64,000 nucleotides of DNA, taken from contig JAYFNH010000013.1 in NCBI GenBank assembly GCA_034933545.1, forward strand, positions 2,125 to 66,124, written 5' to 3'. Positions within the stretch are counted from its first letter, which is position 1, and every line of letters begins with the position of its first letter. Source of the DNA: Oscillibacter sp. (lineage in GTDB: Bacteria > Bacillota > Clostridia > Oscillospirales > Oscillospiraceae). Below the pieces are notes generated by a model. That model saw only the letters and a program-made list of their open reading frames with translations, ran no database searches and had not been told where the DNA came from. Below, piece by piece: positions 35,027 through 45,412 of the stretch. Made by a program: the position numbers and the translations under genes.

Positions 35027-36070
35027 TCAGCTCTTCATCTTCGGGTCGAACGCGTCGCGCAGACCGTCGCCGAAGAGGTTGAAGCTCAGAATAATGAGGC
35101 CGATGAGCAACGCCGGAGCAAGCAGCAGATGCGGATACGAGCTAAGGCCGTTGAGTCCGTCGCTTGCCAGAGAGCCCAAAGACGGCATCGGGACCGCGAC
35201 ACCCAGACCCAGGAAGCTCAAAAAGCTCTCAGTAAAGATGGAAGAAGGGATCTGGAGCGTGGTGGTGACGATCAGAGTACCGATGCAGTTGGTCAGAAGA
35301 TGCTTTTTAATGATGCGCTTGTTGGACGCGCCCAGCGCGCGGGCGGCGGTGACGTATTCGCTCTGCTTGAGGGTCAGCACCTGGCCGCGGACGATACGCG
35401 CCATGCCAACCCAATAGAGAAGGGCGAACACGATAAAGATACTGATGAGGTTGACGCCTATGGTTTCTACCCAGCCCCACCCGGGCCTGGCGGACAACGC
35501 GTCAAGGGGATCCTGCAGCGACATGGACAGCAGGATGATCAGCAGAATATCGGGCACGGTGTAGATGATATCCACGATCCGCATCATGATAAGGTCGGTG
35601 CGTCCGCCGAAGAAGCCGGAAACGGAGCCGTAAATGGAGCCGATGAGCAAAATAATGGCGGAAGCAATGATACCCACCAGAAGAGAGACGCGGCTGCCAA
35701 TCATCACGCGGATGGCGTAGTCACGGCCCAGATTGTCCGTACCGAGGATATGGGGAAAGATCTTTTCGCCGGCGGCGATGCGGGCCTGTTCATCCAAGGA
35801 ATAAGTCATGGGCTTGAGATACAGTGCGCCTTTGATTTGCTGCTCATAGCTGTAAGGGTAGAAAGAGGGGACCACAAACGCCAGCAAAATGATGACGATG
35901 ATGACGATGAGGCTGATCATAGCCACTTTGTTTTTGCGAAGACGGCGCATGGCGTCTTTGAAAAAGCTTACGCTGGGGCGAAGCTGAGCAAGGCTCAGAC
36001 GTTCCTCTTCCGTGGCAGGCAGAAAATCGTCCACCTTCAGCTGAAAACTCAGCGGGTTTTTCTTTATCAT
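35027..36070 (-). CDS. oppC: Oligopeptide ABC transporter permease
   Basis: ILGTDNLGRD; EYV.AARALGAS..RII.KH; ATG 36070. Confidence 0.92.
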   Translation of the reverse strand: MIKKNPLSFQLKVDDFLPATEEERLSLAQLRPSVSFFKDAMRRLRKNKVAMISLIVIIVIILLAFVVPSFYPYSYEQQIKGALYLKPMTYSLDEQARIAAGEKIFPHILGTDNLGRDYAIRVMIGSRVSLLVGIIASAIILLIGSIYGSVSGFFGGRTDLIMMRIVDIIYTVPDILLIILLSMSLQDPLDALSARPGWGWVETIGVNLISIFIVFALLYWVGMARIVRGQVLTLKQSEYVTAARALGASNKRIIKKHLLTNCIGTLIVTTTLQIPSSIFTESFLSFLGLGVAVPMPSLGSLASDGLNGLSSYPHLLLAPALLIGLIILSFNLFGDGLRDAFDPKMKS

Positions 36071-36083
36071 TTCAATATCCTCC

Positions 36084-37001
36084 TCACTGCAGCTGGATGC
36101 GCGGGTCAATGATCTTATAGACGATATCGACCAGCACGTTCATCATAATGATCAGCGTGGCAAGGAAGATGGTGGTGCCCATAATGACCGTATAGTCGCG
36201 GTTGGTGATGGAACTGACGAACTGACCGCCCAGCCCGGGGATTACAAAGATTTTTTCCACGATAAAGCTGCCCGTGATGGTGTAGGCCATCATGGGGCCC
36301 ACATAGGTCACGACGGGCAAAATGGCGTTGCGCAGGGCGTGCTTGAACAGGCACACCGTGCTGGAGAGGCCCTTGGCCTTGGCTGTGCGCATGTAATCCT
36401 GGCCGATCACGTCCAGCATGGATGAACGCATCAGTCGGGTGATGTACGACATGGGATAAAACGATAGCGCGAATACCGGCAGAATATAGTGTGCCGCTGA
36501 CGTCAGGCCAAAGGTGGGCAGCCACCCCAGATTGACGCCGAAAAGATACATGCCGACGGTACATACCACGAAGCTGGGAAACGCGATACCGCAGGTGGCG
36601 ATGACAATGATGAGATTGTCCGCCCACTTGCCGCGGTTGAGCGCCGCGATACTACCCATGGGAATGCCGATCACCAGCGCCAGAAGCACCGCCAGACCGC
36701 CGATGCGGGCGGAAACGGGGAAACGGCTGGAGATGATATCCGCCACTGCCCAGCCGCGCTGCTTGAGGCTGAGGCTGAAATCACCGTGGAGAATACCCAG
36801 CATATAGTTTTTGTACTGCACCATAATGGGTTTGTCCATGCCGAACTTGGCATTGAGCGCGGCCTGAGCCTGCGCGCTGATGGATTTTTCGGCCACGAAA
36901 GGGCCGCCTGGGACAAGGTGCATCAGAAAAAACGTGATGGTAGCGACGAGGAAGATCGTCAGCACCGCCAGAAGCACTCTCTTTATAATATACTTTGCCA
37001 T
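36084..37001 (-). CDS. oppB: Oligopeptide ABC transporter permease
   Basis: KYIIKR..., PGGPF, DYMRTAKAKGL, RDY..IMG; ATG 37001. Confidence 0.92.
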   Translation of the reverse strand: MAKYIIKRVLLAVLTIFLVATITFFLMHLVPGGPFVAEKSISAQAQAALNAKFGMDKPIMVQYKNYMLGILHGDFSLSLKQRGWAVADIISSRFPVSARIGGLAVLLALVIGIPMGSIAALNRGKWADNLIIVIATCGIAFPSFVVCTVGMYLFGVNLGWLPTFGLTSAAHYILPVFALSFYPMSYITRLMRSSMLDVIGQDYMRTAKAKGLSSTVCLFKHALRNAILPVVTYVGPMMAYTITGSFIVEKIFVIPGLGGQFVSSITNRDYTVIMGTTIFLATLIIMMNVLVDIVYKIIDPRIQLQ

Positions 37002-37280
37002 TTCGTTGTTTACTCCCCCTATTACTGACTGCCGCAAACACGACTGTCACTTTTATCTTAGTATCATAACAACTTGGGGGGGATTTGTCAATTTAATGTG
37101 CGCCCCAAAATATATTTTAGAAAAGGTAAAAAAAGGGAGAACAAGAGGATAAGTTGTGCAGGATCAGAAGAAAACAGCGCAAAATGGTCGGGAAAAAGTA
37201 TCTCAGCCCGCCAAAGAAAAGGCCTCGGGCAGGCTGAGATGGGCTGTTTTATTTGCTTTTTTAAGGAGAAAGCGCTTGCT

Positions 37281-39827
37281 TTATGGGGCAGAGCGCTCCT
37301 TTTTTGTACCCCGGCACCATTTTTTCACCAGCTTGACGCCCTCGTACCAGAGAACGGACGCGCCCGCCAGCCCAAACGCCGTCAGCAGTTGCCCGGCGGA
37401 AAGGGGCGCCAGCTTCAGATAGACCGATAAAGGGGAGTAGAGGATGACGCCCAGCAGGGCCAGCGTGCCCAGATTCACCGCCCACATGACCCCGTCCTTT
37501 ATCAGGCGCCGGACGGAATGATATGCGAAGTCGCGGTCGGAGCTGTTGACCTGCACCAAAAACAGATTGGCCAGCATAATAACTCCAAGGCCCATGGCGC
37601 GGGCGACGGGGGCGTTGGCAGGATCGCCGGAGAGCACCGCGAAATAAGAGCCGAAGGATGCCGCGAAAACGATAAGCCCCTGCAAAAGGCTCTTTCCCAG
37701 CAGCGCCCCTGTGAGCAGGTGCACCTGAGGGTCGCGGGGGCGGCGGCTCATGATGTCCCGCTCCGCCGGCTGGCGCTCGAGCACAATGGAGCAGGTGGGA
37801 TCGATCAGCACCTCCAGCAAAACCACGTGCAGCGGCAGAAGCAGCAGCGCCGTGGGCGCGATCCCCAGAAACGGCGCCAGCAGGGAGGACAGGGCGATGG
37901 GTATATGGATGGTGAACACATAGCCCACGGCTTTGCGAATGTTGTCATAGATACGGCGGCCGTCGCGCACGGTTTCCACGATGGTGGTGAAGTTGTCATC
38001 CATGAGGATGAGATCCGCGGCCTCCCGGGAGACCTCGCTGCCCCGCTTGCCCATGGCGATGCCGATGTCCGCGTATTTGAGGGCGGGGGCGTCGTTGACG
38101 CCGTCGCCGGTCATGGCCACGATCTCTCCGCTTTCCTTAAACGCTTTGACAATGCGCATCTTGTGCGCCGGAATGACGCGGGAGAAGATGGAAACGGTTT
38201 TCACCGCTTCCCGCAGCGCTTCGTCGCTCATGGCCTCCAGCTGTTCGCCGGTGATGATGTGGTCGCTGCCGGGGATTCCGATCTTCCCGGCGATGGCGGA
38301 GGCGGTGATGCCGTTGTCGCCGGTGATCATCACCACACGGATGCCCGCGCGATTGCAGACGGCGATGTCCTCTTTCACATGGGCCCGTGGAGGATCGGCC
38401 AGCCCCACGATGCCCAGCAGCGTCAGACGGCAGTCGGTAAGGGCTGGGGGAACGTCCGCCTCGCTCTCCGGATAGCCGGCGGCCACGGCGATGACCCGCA
38501 GGCCCTCTGAGGAAAGGGCGCCGATTTGCCGTTCTGCCTCCCGGCGCGCTTCGTCGCTGAGGCGGCAAACGGTCAGGATGCGTTCGGGGCTTCCCTTGGC
38601 GGCAATGACCAGCTGGCCGTTTTGACGCCAGACGTGGCCCATCATCTTCAGTTCATTGGTAAAGGCGTATTCCGTGATAAATTCATTTTGAAAAAGCTGC
38701 CGGGGGGAGATGCCGTGCGCCTCGCAGCAGCGCAGCATGGCTTTTTCCATGGGGTCGTAGGCGTCGGTTTCGCAGCCCAGCCCCATGATCTCCACCAGCG
38801 TCTCCTCGCTGCCCTGGGCCACCCATGTTTTTTGCACGCTCATCTCGTTTTTGGTGATGGTGCCCGTTTTGTCCACGCACAGCACCGACACCGCGCCCAG
38901 GGTCTCCACACTGGGCAACCGGCGCACAAGCGAGTGCTTTTTCGCCAGACGCCACGCGCCCATGGAGAGAAATACCGTCAGGATCACGGGGAACTCCTCC
39001 GGGATCATGGCCATGGCCAGCGTCACGCCGGAGAGGATGCTTTCAATCAGCCGGGGGACAAGGGCGTGATCGGGAATGTTGAACCAGGTGAAAACGCCCA
39101 CCAGCACGAACAAAAGACCTGCGATCACGGCGCAGGTCTTTACCAGTCGGCCGGTCTGCTTTTGCAGCGGCGTGTCCTCCTGGGGGGCCGCCGCCACGCC
39201 CAGCCCGATCTTGCCGTATTCCGTCTGGGCGCCGATGCGCTCCACCCGCACCACGGCGGTGCCCTGGGTCACCAGCGTGCCGGCGTAGCAGAAGTCTTTG
39301 CGCCAGTAGTCGGCGGCGGGCGGGGCGGCTTCTTCCGTCACCTTCCAGACGCCTTCGGCCTCCCCGGTGAGGGAGGATTCGTCCACGCACAGGTCGGCAC
39401 AGTGGATCACTGCGCCGTCTGCCGGGATCTTGACGCCCTCGCAGATCATCATCAGATCCCCCGGCACCAGATCGGCGCTGGCGATGGACTGCTCTTTCCC
39501 GTCCCGCAATACCGTGACCTGCGGCGCGGAAAGATCCTTGAGGGCAGCGAGGGTCTTGTCGGTCTTCCACTCCTGGATGACGTCGATGCTGATGATGCCC
39601 ACCACGAAAATGAGCATGATGGCGCCGTCCCGGGGCTCGCCCAGGAGAAAATAGATCACGGCGGCCACGATGAGCAGAAGAAACATGGGCTCGCACAGGA
39701 TATGGATGACTTCTGCGAAGAAGCTTTCTTTTTTCTGGGGTAACAGCTCGTTTTTGCCGTACCGGCTTTGCAGTTCCTTTGCCTGAGAGGAGCTCAGGCC
39801 TGTCATGCGCGATGAATTGGCTGTCAT
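37281..39827 (-). CDS. P2-type cation-transporting P-type ATPase
   Basis: IPEEFP, DKTGT, KGSPE, DPPR, MITGD, GDGVNDAPAL; ATG 39827 after GGAGG. Confidence 0.93.
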   Translation of the reverse strand: MTANSSRMTGLSSSQAKELQSRYGKNELLPQKKESFFAEVIHILCEPMFLLLIVAAVIYFLLGEPRDGAIMLIFVVGIISIDVIQEWKTDKTLAALKDLSAPQVTVLRDGKEQSIASADLVPGDLMMICEGVKIPADGAVIHCADLCVDESSLTGEAEGVWKVTEEAAPPAADYWRKDFCYAGTLVTQGTAVVRVERIGAQTEYGKIGLGVAAAPQEDTPLQKQTGRLVKTCAVIAGLLFVLVGVFTWFNIPDHALVPRLIESILSGVTLAMAMIPEEFPVILTVFLSMGAWRLAKKHSLVRRLPSVETLGAVSVLCVDKTGTITKNEMSVQKTWVAQGSEETLVEIMGLGCETDAYDPMEKAMLRCCEAHGISPRQLFQNEFITEYAFTNELKMMGHVWRQNGQLVIAAKGSPERILTVCRLSDEARREAERQIGALSSEGLRVIAVAAGYPESEADVPPALTDCRLTLLGIVGLADPPRAHVKEDIAVCNRAGIRVVMITGDNGITASAIAGKIGIPGSDHIITGEQLEAMSDEALREAVKTVSIFSRVIPAHKMRIVKAFKESGEIVAMTGDGVNDAPALKYADIGIAMGKRGSEVSREAADLILMDDNFTTIVETVRDGRRIYDNIRKAVGYVFTIHIPIALSSLLAPFLGIAPTALLLLPLHVVLLEVLIDPTCSIVLERQPAERDIMSRRPRDPQVHLLTGALLGKSLLQGLIVFAASFGSYFAVLSGDPANAPVARAMGLGVIMLANLFLVQVNSSDRDFAYHSVRRLIKDGVMWAVNLGTLALLGVILYSPLSVYLKLAPLSAGQLLTAFGLAGASVLWYEGVKLVKKWCRGTKKERSAP

Positions 39828-39916
39828 AAAAGAATCCTCCGTTGCCCGCTTTTGAACGGTGTGATGATATCTCCTATGGCACTCCATTTGAGGTCGTTTG
39901 TTCCCCGTCAGCGCGC

Positions 39917-40042
39917 AAAAAAAGCACACCCGTGGAACATACAACTGTCCCACAGATGCGCGAAGAGCACACTCTGCTGCCGTTTTCCAAACGGCCCGGC
40001 CCCACGCCCGTGTCCGGGCATCGCCTGCTCAGTTTGTACTGT
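39917..40042 (-). ncRNA. NiCo (czcD) riboswitch with terminator
   Basis: AACTGAGCAGGCGATG...GGGCCGGGCCG...CGGCAGCAGA...CATCTGTGGGACAGTT aptamer; alternative stem with TTCCACGGGTGTGC followed by T7. Confidence 0.88.
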
Positions 40043-40096
40043 TGATCTCGCATCCCGGCAAGCCGGCATGTAATGCAGTGCAAAGAGGTTATGTGT

Positions 40097-40126
40097 ATTA
40101 TAGGCGCCGCCCCCGCCGTTAGTCAA
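40097..40126 (-). promoter_or_regulatory. Sigma-A promoter of the NiCo leader
   Basis: TTGACT, 18 bp, TATAAT. Confidence 0.75.
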
Positions 40127-40235
40127 GCGCAACAGTTCGACGGCATTCGCCGCCCTGCGCCACACGGCCGGTTTGCCGGATGAAGAGGGCTTCATATGGA
40201 AAGGTCCCGGGCATTTGCCCGGGGCTACTGCTGCA

Positions 40236-40820
40236 TTATGCTTTGGCGCGGAGGCGATAGATTTGGCAGTAGAAGTTTTCGCCCAGCAGGAAATTCAGTT
40301 CTTTGGAAAAACCTTCCACGGCAAAAAGAGCGGCGGCTTCTTTGGCGCCCAGGCGGTGGGCGGGCGGCGGCCCCATGGGGGTGCGGGCTTTCTGAAACTC
40401 GATGAGGCAGACCCTGCCGCCGGTTTTCAGAAGCCGGCGTATTTCAGAAAAAAGAGCGCTTTTTTCTTCGATCTCATGGAGTACAGTCACCAGCAGGACC
40501 CAATCGGCGCACCGGGGCGCAAGAGGAGAGAAACCGCCATCGGCCCAGACGGTTTGCAGGTTTGGTACAGCGGCGGCTCGGCTCCGCAGGTCTTCCAAAA
40601 TAGCGTCGTCGGTGTCCAAAGCCCACACGGTCCGCACCCCCAGACGGGCGGCCGCCAGGCTGAACAGGCCGCTGCCGGCGCCGATGTCGCAAAGTGTCTG
40701 GCCCGGGCGAACGCCGATCTGGCGGAGCGTCTCTTCCGGCTTCAGCTCCGCCACACGGGCCGGGTTCTCCAGTTTTTCACGCTTTCGCGCTTTTCCCAGG
40801 ATACCGTTATCTTCATGCAT
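40236..40820 (-). CDS. Class I SAM-dependent methyltransferase
   Basis: LCDIGAGSGLFS, D.VLLVTVLHE, LK.GGR...IEF. Confidence 0.88.
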   Translation of the reverse strand: MHEDNGILGKARKREKLENPARVAELKPEETLRQIGVRPGQTLCDIGAGSGLFSLAAARLGVRTVWALDTDDAILEDLRSRAAAVPNLQTVWADGGFSPLAPRCADWVLLVTVLHEIEEKSALFSEIRRLLKTGGRVCLIEFQKARTPMGPPPAHRLGAKEAAALFAVEGFSKELNFLLGENFYCQIYRLRAKA

Positions 40821-41171
40821 TTGTTTTCATCCTTTCCGCTTTTGTCTTGCACATCAGCCGCGTGGCGTAGCCCATGGGGCTAAAGACACACCGGGAGCAA
40901 GGCTTGCAGAGCGCCATGGCAATGACGCCCGGTAAAGTTGAAGTGAGCATCAAAGAGTAAAATCCAAAGGGGACCGGGTCACCCGGCGGGGGAGAAGGGT
41001 GACCTGGTCAGCCCGGTGTCAAAGCAGGCAAAGCGTCCGCCGCCCGTGCGACGCGGCTTTTTCCCCGCTGCGCAGCTGCTCCGGAATAAAGATCCGCCTA
41101 GGGCCGGCCGGCACTTTGAACATGGCGGCGTTTTGCCCGTAAACCGATGCCATGCTTGCACAACGTATCGT

Positions 41172-41197
41172 AATATATTGATACAATATATTGATAC
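41172..41197. repeat. Exact 13-bp tandem repeat, possible operator
   Basis: AATATATTGATAC x2 in an AT-rich intergenic patch. Confidence 0.6.
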
Positions 41198-41319
41198 ATT
41201 AACCGTACACCTTTGGAAATCAGCTGTCAATAGAGCGCCGCAAAAGGGGACAGACGGTCAGGAGGCCGGCGATTTCAGCGCCGGCCTCCTGGCATATATA
41301 GAGTAGATGAGAACACAAA

Positions 41320-41688
41320 TTACTTGACGGCGATGGCCTCGATCTCGCACAGCACACCCTTGGGCAGCGCCTTCACCGCCACGCAGCTGCGGGCGGGCTT
41401 GGAGATGAAGTACCGGGCGTACACCTCGTTGAAGGAGGCAAAGTCACCCATATCCGCCAGGAAGCAGGTGGTTTTGATGACGCGATCATAGCCGCTGCCG
41501 GCGGCGGCAAGGATGGCGCCCACGTTGCGGCAACTCTGCTCCGCCTGGGCGGCAATGCTCTCCGGCACATCGCCGGTGGCGGGGTCCACGGGGATCTGGC
41601 CGGAAGTAAAGAGAAAGCCGCCGGCTTCATAGCCCTGGGAGTAAGGGCCGATGGCGCCGGGCGCGTTTTTGGTTTCCAATATCTGCAT
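41320..41688 (-). CDS. ridA: RidA/YjgF family enamine-imine deaminase
   Basis: APGAIGPYSQG, SGQIP, KTTCFL.DM.DF...N.VY, PARSCVAV..LP....EIEAIA. Confidence 0.92.
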   Translation of the reverse strand: MQILETKNAPGAIGPYSQGYEAGGFLFTSGQIPVDPATGDVPESIAAQAEQSCRNVGAILAAAGSGYDRVIKTTCFLADMGDFASFNEVYARYFISKPARSCVAVKALPKGVLCEIEAIAVK

Positions 41689-41737
41689 GGTGTTTCTTTC
41701 CTTTCAACTTTTAAAATGTAAGGGTCATAAAAGCCGC

Positions 41738-42907
41738 TTACAGTGCCTTGACGGCCACTTCCAGCTGCGCCATGGCTTTTTCCAGAACGCTTCTGGGACA
41801 GGCGGCGTTGAGACGCATATAGCCGCTGAGCCGGGGGCCGAAGGAACAGCCGTCGTTGAGCCCCAGCCCGGCCTTTTGAATCATGAAGTCGTGGAGCTGC
41901 TCATTGGTCAGGCCCAGTCCCTGACAGTCCAGCCACATGAGGTAGGTGGCGTCGGGAGCGTAGGTTTTGATCTGGGGAATGTGCTTTTGGCAGTAATCCA
42001 CCACATAGTCGAAGTTGGCGCTGATATAGGGCAGCAGCTGCTCCAGCCACTCCTTGCCCGCGTTGAAAGCCGCCTCCATGGCGATGAGGGAGAAGGCGTT
42101 GTTGCGGTGGATGTCCATGTTCATCCAGAAGCGGTCAAAGACCTGCTTCATGTGGGCGTTGGGGAACACCACGGTGCTGGCCTGCAAACCGGCCAGGTTA
42201 AAGGTCTTGGTGCCGGAGATACCGGTGACCACATTGGCGGCGATGGCGGGCGACAGCGTGGCGGCGGGGATGTGGCGGCAGCCGTGGAAGATCAGGTCGG
42301 AGTGGATCTCGTCGGAGAGCACCAGAACGCCGTGCTTGAGACACAGCTCCATCATCCGGCGCAGATCGCTTTCGCTCCACACGATGCCAAGGGGGTTGTG
42401 GGGGTTGCACAGCACGAATAGATCCGCCTGATCCAGCTTTTCCTCAAAGTCGGCCCAGTCGATGACCCACTTGCCGTTTTCCTTCACCAGATAGTTTTCC
42501 ACCACGGTGCGGCCGGCGAACTCGGCCATGTCATAAAATTCGGAATACACCGGCGCCTGAATGAGCACGCTGCCGCAAGAGGGGGTGTAAAGCTGAATCA
42601 TGGCGCTGATGGTCTGCACCACGCCGGGGCTGAAGCTCATGAGGGAGCGGTCAATGTCCCAGTGGTTGCGGCGCTTCTGCCAGTCGGCAATAGAGGCAAA
42701 ATAGCTGTCCGGCCGGGCGGTGTAGCCCCAGATGCCCTCCTGTGCCCGGGCGGTGAGAGCGTCGATGATAGGCTGGGCCGTGCGGAAATCCATGTCCGCG
42801 ATCCACAAAGGGATGACCTGATCCGTCCCAAATTTCTTCACACGCTCGTCGTATTTGGCGGAATGGTTGCCGGAGCGGTCGATCACCGTATTAAAATCAT
42901 ATGTCAT
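41738..42907 (-). CDS. malY: MalY/PatB-family PLP-dependent C-S lyase
   Basis: PLWIADMDF, LCNPHNPLG, SDEIHSDL, SGTKTFNLAG; ATG 42907. Confidence 0.9.
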   Translation of the reverse strand: MTYDFNTVIDRSGNHSAKYDERVKKFGTDQVIPLWIADMDFRTAQPIIDALTARAQEGIWGYTARPDSYFASIADWQKRRNHWDIDRSLMSFSPGVVQTISAMIQLYTPSCGSVLIQAPVYSEFYDMAEFAGRTVVENYLVKENGKWVIDWADFEEKLDQADLFVLCNPHNPLGIVWSESDLRRMMELCLKHGVLVLSDEIHSDLIFHGCRHIPAATLSPAIAANVVTGISGTKTFNLAGLQASTVVFPNAHMKQVFDRFWMNMDIHRNNAFSLIAMEAAFNAGKEWLEQLLPYISANFDYVVDYCQKHIPQIKTYAPDATYLMWLDCQGLGLTNEQLHDFMIQKAGLGLNDGCSFGPRLSGYMRLNAACPRSVLEKAMAQLEVAVKAL

Positions 42908-42960
42908 AGCTGTCAGTTCCTTTCTGTTGCCATATAAACGGCTTGATTTACGTCTATATG

Positions 42961-42976
42961 AGCAAATCCTGTGCCA
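42961..42976 (-). promoter_or_regulatory. Sigma-54 (-24/-12) promoter
   Basis: TGGCAC-AGGAT-TTGCT, about 55 bp upstream of malY. Confidence 0.88.
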
Positions 42977-43160
42977 AAAAAGAAATCTTTCCGCTATGAC
43001 GGACAAAAACAGCACAATAAACAAATAAATTACTCTTGTTTTGGCAGAACACACAAAATTGGAGGGCGCCATTATGAAAATAAAAAAAGAATGAAAATAA
43101 AAGGGGAGAAACGAAAGGGATTTGAGACGCGGGGGAATCCGCTAATTGGTCAAGAGAAAC

Positions 43161-45266
43161 CTATTTTTGACCGGTTTCCCAAAGCTGACGCCCGGCAGGC
43201 GTCAGCTGACTGCCGCCCCGGCCCCGGCTCACCCGCACCAGCCCCTGTTCCGCCATCCGGTGCAAAAGTGCGCGGACCTCCTGCTGGGACAGGGGAAAGT
43301 GGGCCTCTCTGGCCTTTTGCAGCAGCGCATCCCGCCCCATGGAGCGCTGGTTCTGGGACGCCTGATACAGCTGGCCCAGTACAAAACGGAAAGCGTCCGA
43401 GTCCCCGGCGCTGCCGGAAAGCTCTGCCGCCGTCCCCAATGGAGTCGCTGCCGAAGACCCCGACGGCGCTGCCGTCGGGGACGGAGAAACGGATGGCTCT
43501 GCCCGGCCGGCCAAACAGACGGTGGGTGGCAGATCGGTCATCTCAATGACGGGGTGGCCGGTATAGATAAAGTATTCCACCATGTTCCGCAGCTCCCGGA
43601 TATTGCCGGGCCAGGCGTAGGCGTGTAAAAAGGTCCGCACCGCCGGGGAGAGGGCAAAGCGGCCGCCCAGTTCCTCCCGAAAGCGTTCCAACAGCAAAAA
43701 GAGGTCGTCGCCCCGCTGGGACAGCGTTGGCAGCACCGCCGGCAGCGTACAAAGGCGGTAGTACAGATCCCGGCGGAAGGTGCCGTCGGCCACTCTTTGC
43801 TCCAGCGCCTCGTTGGTGGCAGCCACGATCCGCACATCCACATGAATGATCTGGTTGCCGCCCACCCGCATGACCTCCCGCTCCTGCAAGACGCGCAGCA
43901 ACTTGACCTGCAAAGCAGGACTCATGCCCTCCACCTCGTCGAGAAAAAGGGTGCCCTTGTGGGAAAGCTCAAAAAGACCCGGTCGTCCGCCTTTTTTGGC
44001 GCCGGTAAAGGCGCCCTCTTCATAGCCGAAGAGCTCGCTTTCCAGCAGGTTTTCCGGAAAGGCCGCTACATTGATGGCCACAAAGGGGCCGTCGGCGCGG
44101 CGGGAGGCTCTGTGGATAGCGTGGGCAAAGAGCTCCTTGCCGGTGCCGGTCTCGCCGATGAGAAGAATAGGGCTCTCGCTGCCTGCCATTTTCCGCAGAA
44201 CCTCCTTGGCCCGGAGGATGGCGGGGGAGGCGCCGATGATGTCTTCAAAGCCGTACTTGGCGTAGTAGCCCTTTTGAAACAGCTGACGGCGCAATTTGTT
44301 TTGCCGGGCCTCCACATCGTTGAATTTCTGGAGAATGGCAAAGGCGCCGATGCAGGCGTTCTGCCGGATCACCGGCACCACCTCCACGCTGATGTTGGCG
44401 TCGTTGATGCGGCTGACCCGGGCGGGAATGCGCTCCCGGCTCTGCAAACAGGCGGAAAAGGGCAGGTAGGGAAAGACCGCCGCGCCGCTTTTCCCCAGAA
44501 TGAGATCGGCGCTGGCGCGGGTGATCTCTTCGGCCCGGTGGTTGCAGGCAAAGACCTCGTCTTTTTCGTTGACGCCGATGACGCCGTCTTCAAGGCTTTC
44601 CATCAGAATATGGAACTGGCTCTCCAGGCGGATGGAGCGGGAAAACATCCGGTCAAAGCTGTAATTGTTGGCGGCAATGGACTGGAAATAATGTTGAAAC
44701 GGCTGGGTTTCCAATAGATGCTCCAGCCCCAGCCGCAGAGCGATCTCAATCATCATACCGGAGGTGCACACCCGCTGGCCCAGGTCAATGACCGTTTCGA
44801 TGCCCGCCGGCACATAGCGCATCTCGTCGGGCGTCACGGCAATGTGTACGTCCTCCGGCAGCGCCGCGCCGGGGTAGTAGGGAAGCCACTGCACCTGATT
44901 GATGCCGAACTGCTCCAGCTGGGCAATGGCCTCCCGGGCCATGATCTCGGTGAGGTTCACAAATAGCACACGGCTCCCCGGGGGCAGCTCCTTGAGTCCC
45001 CGCAGCTCCTGCCAGCGGAAGGAAACTTCGATGCCCATGGTCTGACTGCCGATGGGGACGTGACGGGCCAGCTCCTCGGCGGAGCCGTAGGCGTCCGTGG
45101 AGGCGGCGAAAAGATCCGCCGGCGGCAGAGCCCCGGTGGCCGAGCCGTCCAGCACGGAGTACATGACGATGTCCGCCACGCCGCCGAACAGGCGCCCCAC
45201 GTCCTGTTGATAGGAACGCCCTGCCCGGGGGTCCAGCGCAATCAGCGCGATTTTTTTTCGATCCAT
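43161..45266 (-). CDS. Sigma-54-interacting enhancer-binding protein with PAS domain
   Basis: GETGTGKE, ESELFGYEEGAFTGA, LFLDEV, AATN, DLYYRL, WPGNIREL. Confidence 0.92.
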   Translation of the reverse strand: MDRKKIALIALDPRAGRSYQQDVGRLFGGVADIVMYSVLDGSATGALPPADLFAASTDAYGSAEELARHVPIGSQTMGIEVSFRWQELRGLKELPPGSRVLFVNLTEIMAREAIAQLEQFGINQVQWLPYYPGAALPEDVHIAVTPDEMRYVPAGIETVIDLGQRVCTSGMMIEIALRLGLEHLLETQPFQHYFQSIAANNYSFDRMFSRSIRLESQFHILMESLEDGVIGVNEKDEVFACNHRAEEITRASADLILGKSGAAVFPYLPFSACLQSRERIPARVSRINDANISVEVVPVIRQNACIGAFAILQKFNDVEARQNKLRRQLFQKGYYAKYGFEDIIGASPAILRAKEVLRKMAGSESPILLIGETGTGKELFAHAIHRASRRADGPFVAINVAAFPENLLESELFGYEEGAFTGAKKGGRPGLFELSHKGTLFLDEVEGMSPALQVKLLRVLQEREVMRVGGNQIIHVDVRIVAATNEALEQRVADGTFRRDLYYRLCTLPAVLPTLSQRGDDLFLLLERFREELGGRFALSPAVRTFLHAYAWPGNIRELRNMVEYFIYTGHPVIEMTDLPPTVCLAGRAEPSVSPSPTAAPSGSSAATPLGTAAELSGSAGDSDAFRFVLGQLYQASQNQRSMGRDALLQKAREAHFPLSQQEVRALLHRMAEQGLVRVSRGRGGSQLTPAGRQLWETGQK

Positions 45267-45412
45267 AACGCCCCACCTCTTTAACCAATTACTTTAACCA
45301 GTTTTACACATTTCCTTGTATTTGGCAAGTTCTTTTTTCGGAAAAAGAAGGGAAAAAAGATGAAAAAAAGTGGAAAAGAGAAGATATTTTCCGCGGCTTT
45401 TGAAAAAAACCG

